Positions 46,412 to 57,900 of a DNA stretch of 64,000 bases are shown here, piece by piece. The notes below the pieces were generated by a model. The model saw nothing but the letters and a program-made list of their open reading frames with translations, was not told the DNA's origin and searched no databases. Position 1 is the first letter of the stretch, and each line of letters starts with the position of its first letter. The position numbers and the translations under genes were made by a program. Source of the DNA: Paraspadella gotoi (lineage: Eukaryota; Animalia; Chaetognatha); the NCBI GenBank assembly GCA_051294375.1, contig CM119263.1:21202268-21266267 (forward strand). Direction: 5' to 3'.

Positions 46412-49400
46412 NNNNNNNNNNNNNNNNNNNNNNNNNCGGATTTTTCTAACTTTTTTTTTTGCCTTTTATTTTCCTCTTTGCCATCAATGTTTATGTTCCA
46501 CTTATCTTCTTGTAAACAGTGATGGAGGCTCTCTAACACCCACCAAAGCCCTTCCAAAGTTACGAAGGGGGGACAAAGATAGTTTGTATTATAATGAATC
46601 GATAATTTTATGTGTCCAATTTCATAAAATTCAGAGCTCCATAATGATATCTTTTTTGATGCTTAAGTGCGGAGTAACAATGCATGAGTATTCCCGATAG
46701 GTAATTCTGAATACTCTAACGGGGAGTGTTCTTTTCATTATACCAGTTGAAACATTCTTTTGAATTCATGTCTAATCCAGAACGTCTCATATGATAGGGG
46801 GGAAATGCCAGGTTACTCTCAGGAGAGGGTGAATAAAACGAAGACTGTTAAGGATCTGATTGAAAGCGGGCGGAATTGCCAGCTAGTGACCGTCGGCATA
46901 TGTTCCTTTATCTTATGTTACAATGATCGGTGATGGAGGCCCTTCACAAGCTCTTAAAACCCCCAAAGCCCTGTCCTCAACAAATCAGGGGCAAAGAATA
47001 GGCTATTTTATTAAAATGAGATGTGAGACTTTTTATAATTGGTTGTACCCAATTTCATTATAGAAAATGAATATTCAAGAATATATATGGATTAATATAA
47101 AAGTATTTATTATTCACAATATTTTCAATATTCCGACACGGAAAACCTCTTCTAGGGTAATTGGAATCGGTTTTGGAGGGGAAGTTCACATCCCCGCTCA
47201 TGCTTTTCACCCTAAAAACTTCACAAACGCGGTATCACCGAACGCCAAAGGGAATAATCGAATTCACAGCACGCGCACGGCCTGTCGGGTAAGGCCGAAG
47301 CGACCGCCGCCCAGATCGCGAAGACCAGATCGTCTCTCATTATCTAATCCATCTAACTTGCTCTCTGGCATTCTCCTCACTCTTCTCTCACCTTCTCACT
47401 CTCACTCTCCACTCTCACTTATTCTTGTCTTGCTCAGCCTCCTCTCCATTCGCTGTCTCTTAACGTACGGTTGAAGAACAAACAAAATGAATCTTAAATC
47501 TCGGCCTGGCACTTAGCAACGAAGTTAAAAAACTCAAACCCCCTCAAAAACAGGAGAAACTGGACCACGACCCGTGTCCCGAAAGCATCCTCCGTCGCGC
47601 CACGCACTGATGAACAAACCGCGGTCCCCCAATCGACCCGGTCTCCGATCTCTCCGTCCCGACGATCTTGGCCAATCACGAGTCGAGTCCCAAAATAAAT
47701 CGCTCAAATCGCGAGTCGCGTCGCTCGAGACGGGGTCACCACACGACGCTGTGCACACTGCCTGGTGGAACAATTGGACGGGATCGATCGACTCGACCGC
47801 GAAACTGGGGAACGCGGCGATGGAAAAGGTCATCGCCATGGGAAACTCTGGTGAGGTGAGTCTTTGAGTGGATCGAAAGGAAGGTCAGTCTATGGATGTT
47901 TGAGTATTCGGGAGCAGGGGATCCCATGTCATTTTGTGATACGTTCTGAAAATTAAACAACATAAGCTTAAAAAGATATTATTGTTCAGCATAGTTTTAA
48001 TTGATAAATTACCACCCCCGATAAAGGCCTAAAAACAAGGCCAAAACATTGATTTTTTAATTAAAATTTCCTGTTCAAAAATAAACTATAAATATTAAAT
48101 GAAATTTAAAATTTAGTTGCATAATTTTGATTTTTAAGTTGATCTCGGGCCCGATGGAGAAGTTCCCGATGCTCGACGCTCGACAAATGCCAACAAGACT
48201 ACCTCAGGCAAACGTGAAACACGGTTCATTTTTGGGTTGTTTTTTTTTGTTGTTTGTGTTTTTTTCTAAAAATTTCTAAATTTATTTTTTTACACTTTCA
48301 TTCGATTTCTTTTCTTTTCTCTGATTGAGAGCCCGGCCATTTTTCCGCAATCCAGAAAAAACTAACTTAACTCGCCCCTCTTCCCCTCTGCCCCCTTCTC
48401 CGCTTCTGTTCCTTACGCGCCCCATCAAGGCAAATTCGCGATTTCCTGCTGTCGGTGTGTTGTGTGCTCGGTCGACTGTATGCCAACGTCTGGCGATTTG
48501 CTTAGCCTTGCTACAAAAAACCGGCCGGCGGCGCGTCTCGTGTGTATCCCTTACTTTCTCATGCTCGTCTTCTTCGGCGTGATCCGGCCTTTTCTTCTTG
48601 GAACTCGCCTTGGAGTGAGTTCAACGAAAATCATCGAAGAGATTACCAGTTGGTTATTTCAAATCAATAACTAGTAAACTATATGCGTTTAAAGGTTAAA
48701 AAACTAAAATTAAAATAATGCCTCTTTTATTTTTAGTCGAAGGAATACAAGGAAATGAAAAACAACCAAGAGGAGTGGTAGTAAGGCGTTAGGTGAAAAG
48801 TATAACTACGAAACGTTCTAAAGGGTACAATTAATTGAACAACATACCCTAAGTGAACATTAATTTGTAAAAAAAAAGATATTAATTTTATGCTTCTTTA
48901 ATTTTGCGGCCGAGTAAGGCTATATTAATATTATAGTCTACCTATCCTTTATAAAAATTCTAAAAATTTTCAAAAAATAGGCACTTCTTCTTAATTTCGA
49001 ATTGCCAGAGTTTGAATTCCTCCGTCCATAATACGTTGATATAAAACGGAAAATTAAATCTACAAATAATTCTTACTTCAATTAAGTGGATGTTAAAAAA
49101 TTTAACAAAAACTTATAATTTAATATTAATGAAAAAGTTAATTTTCAGCCTAAAATATTAGCTTTTTCTTAATTTTTTACCCACTAATTGGAAGGAATTT
49201 TGTAAAAAAGAGTCTATTAATTTTCTTTTTATCAACTTTTATGGATCGAATCCCCAAATCTGGCAAAAAAATCTTTAAAAAACAACAAAACTTGGTTTTT
49301 GAAATTTTAACATTTATTGGTTTAGTTACTAGTATAAATATGAGCCTACTGGCGTAAAAATTGGTAAAATTTATTAAAAAATTTTTTTATACATAAATGT

Positions 49401-51246
49401 CATTAGTATAATGTTGTTTTCGTTCCTCACTTTTAGGGGAATTTTTAAATTAAATAGGTTAATTTAGAAATTTTACTTACGCCTAGTGGGATACTGTAGA
49501 TAGCCCAAAACACACTTAGTGCGCAATGTGCCCAGTGGGTACGGGAATTTTTTTTTTGTCGGTAAGGCCCAGTGGCTTGTTTTAACCCGGTGGTTACCCG
49601 TGCCCCGTCCCTATCTATTTGCAAGGACTGTTCGGAAACCCCAGGTTAACCTTCCATTGTTATAAGGCTTATAAACGGCGCTGATGGAAGAAAAGTCTTA
49701 TCCAACGGTAGTTGAAATATTTCAAACTCTAATTACATTTACTTTGTTAGAGTCCGATAGAGCCTTAAAACCCACCCCAAAGCCTGGTCCAAGTCAGGGC
49801 AAGAGGCCTTATGGATAATTTATATTTGGTTGTAACCAAACTTCATATATCTGTGGCCAGCGACGCGTAAATGTTTCATAGACCAACAAGTCTTGGGGAA
49901 GGGGCAAACATGTCCGGATCTGCTTACGATAAAAATTAATTAATTAAATTTGATTAAATTAATTAATTAATTAATAGGATTAATTAATCTTAATAAATAG
50001 TATTTAATATAATTAATAGATTAATTATAATTTATATCAGCTTGTCATCACGAGTGTCCTTAAAATTGACGCGGACAGTATAAATTTTTGTTAATTTATC
50101 ACAAACAAAACAAATATCCCTCTATTATCGAAGCCAGGCCGGGCCAAACAGCCCGTTCTGTCTAGAATTTTTTTTTCGTTTAGCTTTCCGGTCTCGCTTT
50201 TTTGCAATCATGGCTTCTGAAGTTGATATCATTAGGAGTTGAATTCATATATGGTTTCATCATCAAAGATCTTTAAAATTCTCTGTTTCTTTATCAATTA
50301 TTGGTATTTGTTTAGTTTATAACAAAACAAAAAAGTTTTAATTATAATGTCGCTCTCTTCTCTCTCTCTTTTTTCTCCCGTCTGCTTCTTTCCTAAAAAC
50401 GAGTTCCGGCTCATGGGGCAGCGGGGTCTGTCCAGCTTCTTTCTCTCCTCTCTCTCTCTCTCTCTCTCGTCTTCTTCTCCCTTTTTTTTACAAAAAAAAT
50501 TTTTAAGATATAATGTGGGTGGGGTAACTAAATGGTAAAAAAGAATGGCGGCGAATAGGGCGCAGAACCCGGGTCCTTTGGGTAGAGGATAAGCTCACCG
50601 CTACTCTGCGCCATAAAGTACTCATTTCTTTAACGAGCAGGATGGTGGAGCACCCTATTTTGGGTCTTTCGGGCTCCCAGCTCCGGCTCCAGCTCCAGGC
50701 CCAATGAATTCCTTTCCCGGCTCCAGCTCGGCTCCGGCTCCAAGAAAAAATTTTTTTTTTCGGCTTCCGGCTCCGGCTCCGGGCTCTAGCAAAATTTCAA
50801 CTCGAGGCCTTCCCGGCCTCCCCAACTCCCGGGCTCTCATTACCATAGGTATTATTATAAATTAAAAAATTAAAGAAATAAATATTTATATAATAATTCT
50901 TTAATCATATAATTTTATTTTGATTAGTATTTAATAACTTTACTTTTATATTGCACTCATGATGATACGTCCTCTCATACAGAACAACAGACAGAACATA
51001 CTATATAAAGGAACAAGTACAAAGACATGATAAAGGGAATAATATATAATATATTTTTCTAGGTTAGCCTTTTTGCTTAATATAAAATATATTATATAAT
51101 TAAAATTATTTTAAAAATATTTAGAATAATAAGGAAAATATTTTTTTCATTTTTTGTGATATCCTTCACTTCTTTTGGTAATTTAACTGTGGAATTATAT
51201 TTAGCATTCTCGTTAAAAGTGATTTTACTTAAAACTTTAAGATTAT

Positions 51247-51735
51247 GGTTAGGGTTAAGGTTTTAGGTTAGATTAGGGTTGAGTTGGTTTGGGGTTTAAG
51301 GTTAAGATTGAGTTGATAATGATTAGGGTTAGGGTTGAGTAGTTTAGGGTTAGGGTTAAGGTTGAGTAGTTTAAGTTATGTTGGGTTATGCACATTTTTA
51401 GATGGGATCTCTAAGATAAACAAGAAGCCAGGCGCGATAAGTCGTTAAAGGAAGCTATGGCAATGAGATGGATTAGGGATTTTTTAAAGTTGAGGGTACG
51501 AATATATCGAGGGAGGCCCGGTCCCGGGTTAAGTTAGGTAAGGAGAGAGGCATGGAGTTGAATGGGAGGCCCTGGGTTAGGGTTAGGGAGAGGAATGGAG
51601 TGAACAAGAGGCCCGGGTAAGGTTAGGGTAAAGAAAGACCACAGCATGGGTTAAGGTTGAGGCATGGAAAATGTATGGTTAAGGTGGAGAAAAGCATGGA
51701 GATTACCGGAAACTTGGGTTAGGGTTTAGTTTTAA
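51247..51735 (+). repeat. Degenerate TTAGGG-like (telomere-type) array, interstitial
   Basis: Many ggttagggttagg/ggttaagg units; smaller tracts occur at 44447-44560 and 53222-53270. Confidence 0.7.
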
Positions 51736-52322
51736 GGGAAGAGCCACAGGTGATGTATTTATCCCCATGTCTCACTTCAGCCACAAGACTTTTCCTTTAA
51801 CTTGCGCCTTTGATTATATTCATTACTTTTATTACTGGCGAGGTCACCAGTGAGGGTTTGGCGAAACAACCAGGGCTTTTCTGATATTGCCATAGTAAAG
51901 TCGCCAACCACTAGAAACAATTGTGACTTCATGCGTGAATCGCCGGCAACATGCTATTTGAATAAACTACAACTTTAGAGTTGGGTTGAAGCTCAGAAAT
52001 AAACAAAAAAGCCTGGGTTACAAGGTGACACACAACAGCCCGCCGCTAAAAAAAATTGTCATTTGCAAAACTTATAAGATATTTTTAATCTAAAAGATTT
52101 TTTCTATTAGTAAAAACCTAAATCATTTATATATCCAAATTTTATATTGATTGTTTATTTGATGTTGATTGGTTATGATGATTTTAAAACAAATCTTTTC
52201 AATTTTTTTGTCTAGCTTAATAAACATTTTTTTTTAAAACTTTTACCATTCTTTTATTGTTTTTTTGAATTACCTAGAGAGAAAACAAAAATTTATTATT
52301 TGACAACAATAATTTTGTTTTA

Positions 52323-52378
52323 TTTAAATCGAATATGTTTCGACTGTATAACTTTCGGAGTCTTCATCAGCATTTAAA
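52323..52378 (-). ncRNA. Minimal type I hammerhead ribozyme motif (PLE type)
   Basis: Minus strand reads tttaaat-g-CTGATGA-a-gact-ccgaaagttatac-agtc-GAAA-catat-TC-g-atttaaa. The core is intact, with stem II gact/agtc and stem I tttaaat/atttaaa. Confidence 0.62.
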
Positions 52379-52415
52379 TTTACAAACTCAATATTTAAAA
52401 ACTGAAACTTTGTGA

Positions 52416-52473
52416 ATTTAAATGCTGATAAAGACTATGAAGTCCTAGAGTGGAAACATATTTCTGATTTAAA
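52416..52473 (+). ncRNA. Degenerate hammerhead motif, inverted partner of 52323-52378
   Basis: atttaaatg-CTGATAA-agact...agtg-GAAA-catatttc-tgatttaaat; the core has a G>A change, or a read error. Confidence 0.45.
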
Positions 52474-53724
52474 TAAAAACAAAATCATTGTTATCAAATA
52501 ACAAATTTTTTTTCTCTCCAAATAAGAACTTTTATATAAAAAAGGTATCAATATTAAATTCTTCTGAAAAGCTCTTAAAAATTTTTTAAAAAAAATATAT
52601 ATTTAAGAATATTGAAACATAAATAAGTCTAACCAGCTTTAGTTTAATTAAGATATCCAAATTGAAATAATAAAATCCTAAAATATTTTTTTTTAAATAT
52701 CTGACCTATTTTATATGAACTTACAATTATTATTTATATAAGTATTATAAAAAATCTTAAGAAAAACTAAAATTAAAATAACTAACAATCATTTAATAAT
52801 TATTCAAAAACTGCTCTTTAAAAATTTTTAATTTAATAATTATCTTAAAGCTATTATAGGCTAATTTTAATATTACAGTATTTTTAATTATGTTAATCTC
52901 TTTATATTTTTAGGAGCTTTCAGAAGATATTAATCTTGATATAATTTTATATAAAGTTTTGTAAAAAAATAGTTAAAAAGTTAAATAAACAGATTGAAAA
53001 AAAAATGGGAGTTTTAAAATGAAACACAATTTTGAAGACACTTTTCTCCATTCCAGTACCAAGTCAAATCAAAACCAATCAATATAAAAATTTGGATAAT
53101 AAATGATTTAGGTTTTTATTACAGAAAAAAAGTTTCAATAAAAAAAAATTTTTACAAATTTGCAAATAACGATTTTTTTTGCGGTCTGGCTGTTGTGTGT
53201 TACCTTGTATGGTTAAATACAAGGTTAAGGTTTTAGCTTGGATGAGATTAAAAGGTTAGGGGTTAGGGCTAAAAAAATGGCCTGCTGTAATGATGTAAGA
53301 TTGTAAATAAGATAAATTAATTAGTTAGGTTTTTATTGGGGTTTATTCAGGGTGTAATAGAAAGGCTTATTATTAATATCTTCTACCATTTTATTCCTTG
53401 GCCAGGTCCCTTTTCAAACCCTAAACTTGCGGCAATGCTTTTGTCTTATCACTTAGTCCGACCCTTAATATAAAAAGATTGATGTGATGCCCGAGTATGT
53501 TTATTCCTTTCAGGCATATAATATTACTATAAAAGAAAGTAAACTAATATTGATAAGTTTATAGTATATTTTTGAATCATTTAATTAAAAGTTTAAAAAT
53601 AAAAAATATAATATTAAAGTTAATTTAAATATTTTATCTTAAATGAGATACTTATCAACCATAATGTAACAAAAATATATAAAAAAATATATAATTATTA
53701 AAAAATTAGTAAGCAAAAATATTG

Positions 53725-53768
<44 letters not shown>

Positions 53769-54576
53769 GTTCAAAATATATTATTGAAACGCTTTGCCTT
53801 TAATCAGTCTGCAAAATGGTTGCTGTATTAAGTAAGCCAAGTCATAATTTAAAGAGTTAATATTTACTTCATAAATAAGTATTATAATAAATTTAATAGA
53901 TTAAAAAAAAGAATTATTATTATTTACTTAATCTTATGTTAATAATAAACTATATGATATCTATATAAATAATATAAAAATCATTATTTAATTTTTTTAA
54001 TATTTTTTTTAATTTAATAATTATAATCTTATTTTATTTTATATGGAGCTGGAAGCCGGGCATTTTTAATTTCGGCTCCGGCTCCAGCTCCGGCTCCGTC
54101 AAAAATTTTTTTTCGGCTCCGGCTCCAGCTCCGGCTCCGGCCAGATAAAAATTCTGGCTCCGGCTCCGGCTCCGGCAAAAAAAAGCCTCGGCTTCCGGCC
54201 GGGCTCCAGCTCCGGCTCCCGGCTCCGCTCCACATCCCTGTGTAACGAGTAAAGGGCTGTTAGAGCCTTCTCTCTCTCTCTCTTCTTTTAATTATTAATT
54301 ATATCGCTCTTTCTCTTTCTCTTTTTCTCTTGCAGCGGCTGTTCTCTCTCTCTCTCTCTTTTTTCTCTCTCTCTCTCTTCTCTGTCTCTCGTTCTCTCTG
54401 TGTGTGTCTGTCCCTATCTTGTCCGATTTTTGCAGTGATCGTTTGTTTTTTGAAAAATTCTGATTTATTTTTTTCCTTCTAAAAACTTTTTATTATTGCC
54501 ATTTATTCCGCGCTTTTTTTCAATACAAAATCCCATATTTTCATCCGAGATTTTTCGTGGATTTATTCTCTTTTCT

Positions 54577-54610
<34 letters not shown>

Positions 54611-54630
54611 TCTCTTCTCTTTCTTTCTCT

Positions 54631-54661
<31 letters not shown>

Positions 54662-54691
54662 TCAACTCATACACGCATTTGTTTGTTTTAT

Positions 54692-54905
54692 TGACTATCA
54701 TCGCATCAATGAATGACAATCATCGAATCAATGAATGACAATCATCGCATCACTGAATGACTATCATCAACAGCAGTGAATGACTATCATCGCATCAATA
54801 ATTGATTATCATCGAATCAATAATCAATTCCTATTACATCAATAAATTACTATTACATCAATCAATTAGTTATTACCTCAATCAATTACTAGTACATCAA
54901 CAATT
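54692..54905. repeat. ~20-bp degenerate minisatellite (atcatcgcatcaatgaatgact)
   Basis: About ten progressively decaying tandem units. Confidence 0.7.
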
Positions 54906-57900
54906 CGTTTATCGCATGATTCATTCGTTTTTTTCTCCGGTTTTTTTTCATTAATTTTCTATGATAGTGGGCTCTGGCTCGATCTTGAGTCTTTTAAGAT
55001 TTTTTTATTTTATGTCTCCTTTCTCTCTCTCTCTCTCTCACTCTCTCTCTCCTCTCACTCTCTCTTCTCTCTCTCTCTCTCTCTCTTTTTATGCAATAGC
55101 GACGATCCTTATGCTTTTAAGATTTTTTTAACTGCATCATTTTTTCAACTTGCATCATTTTTTCAACTTGCATTCCGTCAAAAAACTTTATATCTAGCTT
55201 CTTCACTCACTTTCCTACCGGCTCACAAAATTTCATCTCAATCTATTATGGGTTAAAATAAATAAAAAGATTCAAGTAAATGTGACTCATATTTTTTTTC
55301 ATTTAAACTCATTTCCACTGGTACGTTTCCACTGAAACTTTATATCAAGCTTCGTCTACGTTTTCCTACCACACACACAAATTTCAACTCAATCTATCCA
55401 TCCAATTATGATTAATTGGAGTATTTTATTGGATAAAATAAGTAAAAAGATTTTAGTAATTCGACTTATGTTTTTTCATTTAAACTAATTTCCACTCACA
55501 CGATTCCATCGAAATTTATATCCAGCTTTATCACACACTTTCCTACCCACACACAAAATTTAATTCCAATCCAACCAGCCAATCACGAGTTATTGGAGCT
55601 TTTTGCTAAGATGGGACGATGGACGGATTGATTGACTAATTAATTAATTTATTGATTAATTTATTTACTAATTGATTAATTAACTGATTAATTATTTGAT
55701 TTATTAATATATCCTGCAGATACATTTAATATAAAAGGAAAAAGAAGCATAATCAATTAGTAAAACAGGTTTTTTTGTTTTTTCCATTTAAACTCATTTC
55801 CACTCAAACTATTCCATCGAAACTTGATTTCCTGTTCAAATCACACACTTTCCTACCCACATACAAAATTCCAGGTCAATCAGCCCATCCACTCATGAGC
55901 AATTGGTGTTCAAATAGTGAATATATTTTTTTTTGTTTTCTCCATTTAAACTCATTTCCACTCGGACGATTCCATCGAAACTTAATATCCAGCTCAATCA
56001 CACACTTACCTATCCACACACAAAATTTCATTTTTAAATCCATCATCCAATCACGAATAATTGGTGTTTTTTGCTAAGGTGGGACGGAGGGACGGACGGA
56101 CGGACAGACAGACGGACGGACGGACATCATTTTTTTTGCATAATTTATCATAATTCGATGTTCTGACATGATATAAGTGTGTGCCCGACAATATTGAGGG
56201 GCGGGACCGACGGACCGAAAAAGTGAGTTATAAAAAGTGAGTTATAGAGTCGGGATCTGCTGATAAGCAGATCCGACTAAAAAAAGCCATGTTCTTTGCA
56301 AGCAGAATCTCGCTAATTGAAATCGGATTAAAATCCACTTGCGGTCAGCAATATTTGCCCTCCAATATGTTGATCTCACCGTGAAATCGGAGATATCTTT
56401 TGTTTTTCTCCGTCGAATTTTTTACCTGTAATATCCTTTTGTTTTTTTTTCTTTCTTCGTTCATTCATCCCATCGTCATCCACTTATTTTTTCGTCTCAA
56501 GAATCCGCATAATTATCTTAATTAATCACCTATTTAATAAGTATCTCTATGAGGCGACTTACTTTTTCATCTTTTATTCAGATTCAAATTCCTCGTTAAA
56601 AGTTGATAAAGAAAATATAAATCTTTTTCTTAGAAGAGTTTGAGTTGGTATAGAGAGAGGGAATGGGCAAAGTTTCCAACACAGAGTTGAGAAAGGACAG
56701 TGGTAAGTTGTGAGGACAGATTAAGGTGAAACAAATAGAGCGAGTTTGTGAAAATAAATTGAAATGGTGAGAGAGATAGAGAGAGAGAGAGAGAGAGAAC
56801 CTGAAAAATAATACATTGTGTGTGAAAATATAAGAGTTAAGATAGAGCTCAAAATGAGCTGGCCCCCCTTGGTGTGTGCAAATGAAAGGCTTGATCATTG
56901 TGGTCGGGTCATTGACGCGTCAGTGGCTCGGAGACAAAATCGTTGAGCCCAATGTGTGCGGCGTTGGGGAGGCTTCCTTGTGGGAAGATACCCAAGGCTA
57001 CTCTGATGTCTCTATGGCCTGATACGCCTGCCGACTGCCCTCTTCTCGCCTGCTGGCAAGGTGGGTGGCTATCCATTCTTGCCGCTTACGCGACAGGAGT
57101 GGTGAACTCCTCCCCTTCCTCTGCAGCCGTCGCTTTGGGCGGCGCTCACTCCACAGAGAAAGGAATGAGTTGCTTCAGGCGTAGGAGAGGTATCGTCTGC
57201 CCATTGCCTGCGCAAGAGTCTCTGCCTTCTCGTTGAGTGGAGATAGGGAATCATTGTGCGGACGTGGTGGAGACGGGGCCTTCACCAATCACCACGTTTT
57301 TGATAAGCAAATCATAGCTTGGAGGGAGGTTGAATCATTCTCCATCACGGTTCAAAGAGGGGCTCGAGGGCCTTGATATAGATTGCCTCTCTAATACCTC
57401 TTGAGAACCAGCTTGGGTCATGGGACAGTACGAGACAGTCTGATTCTCTAAATAGATGGCCAGTGTTAGCCGTGTGCTCGGCCTTCTGGCATCGCGATAG
57501 GGTTTCGTATGCTGCTGGAAGCTGTCTGTTAGAGACTTTCCTGTCTCGCCCATGTTTGCTGCCGTACAGGCTTGGTTGCCCGCCCCTGCACAGGCCGCCC
57601 AATAGACGGCTCCTGATGTTTTCAGTCTGGGGATTTTATCTTTTGGTTTCACCAATAGCTCAAGCCGAGAACTGCGGGCCGTCACTGAGGTGGAGATCCC
57701 CTGCTTTGCTAGCACCCGACCAATGACTCAGTGATCCCCTGGTGGTAGGGGACAAGTTGGGACAAAGTGGCCCATGTTCTTAGGCGCTTCTGCTTATCTT
57801 CCATTTGCTCTGTGATGGGCGCGGTTGCCTCTTCAGCAGCAACCTGTCCTCACAACTGACTACTGTCCTTTCTCAACTCTGTGTTGGAAACTTTGTCCAT

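Larger units (their letters stand above)
52021..53207. mobile_element. TA-flanked Tc1/mariner-type MITE with long imperfect TIRs (foldback-like)
   Basis: TA|CAAGGTGACACACAACAGCC...GGCTGTTGTGTGTTACCTTG|TA. 52021-52165 mirrors ~53060-53207, and 52530-52585 mirrors ~52900-52955. Confidence 0.75.
50638..54240. mobile_element. Non-autonomous hAT-like TIR element with subterminal GGCTCC repeats
   Basis: Ends CAGGATGGTGGAGC (noisy) and GCTCCACATCCCTG. Flanks ttaacgag / t(g)taacgag fit an 8-bp TSD with one indel. (GGCTCC)n occurs at both ends. Confidence 0.68.
49885..56278 (-). mobile_element. Helentron-associated non-autonomous element (HINE/DINE-1-like), ~6.4 kb with nested insertions
   Basis: One end is the hairpin AGTCG(G)GATCTGC-tgataa-GCAGATCCGACT followed by an A run (56248-56285). 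The other is a noisy AACAAG...GCAAACA.TGTC.GGATCTGC (49885-49923; clean versions at 58628 and 58762). A (GGAC/AGAC)n microsatellite lies at 56081-56126 and tandem core repeats at 55290-56070. The empty T-run site is visible at 42490-42496. Confidence 0.72.

Noticed and set aside
51247-51735. True telomere or chromosome fusion site
   Set aside because: The array is degenerate, has a single orientation, and is internal to a repeat found twice in the window.
54692-56070. CRISPR-like repeat-spacer array
   Set aside because: The context is eukaryotic, the tandem units decay without unique spacers, and no cas genes are present.
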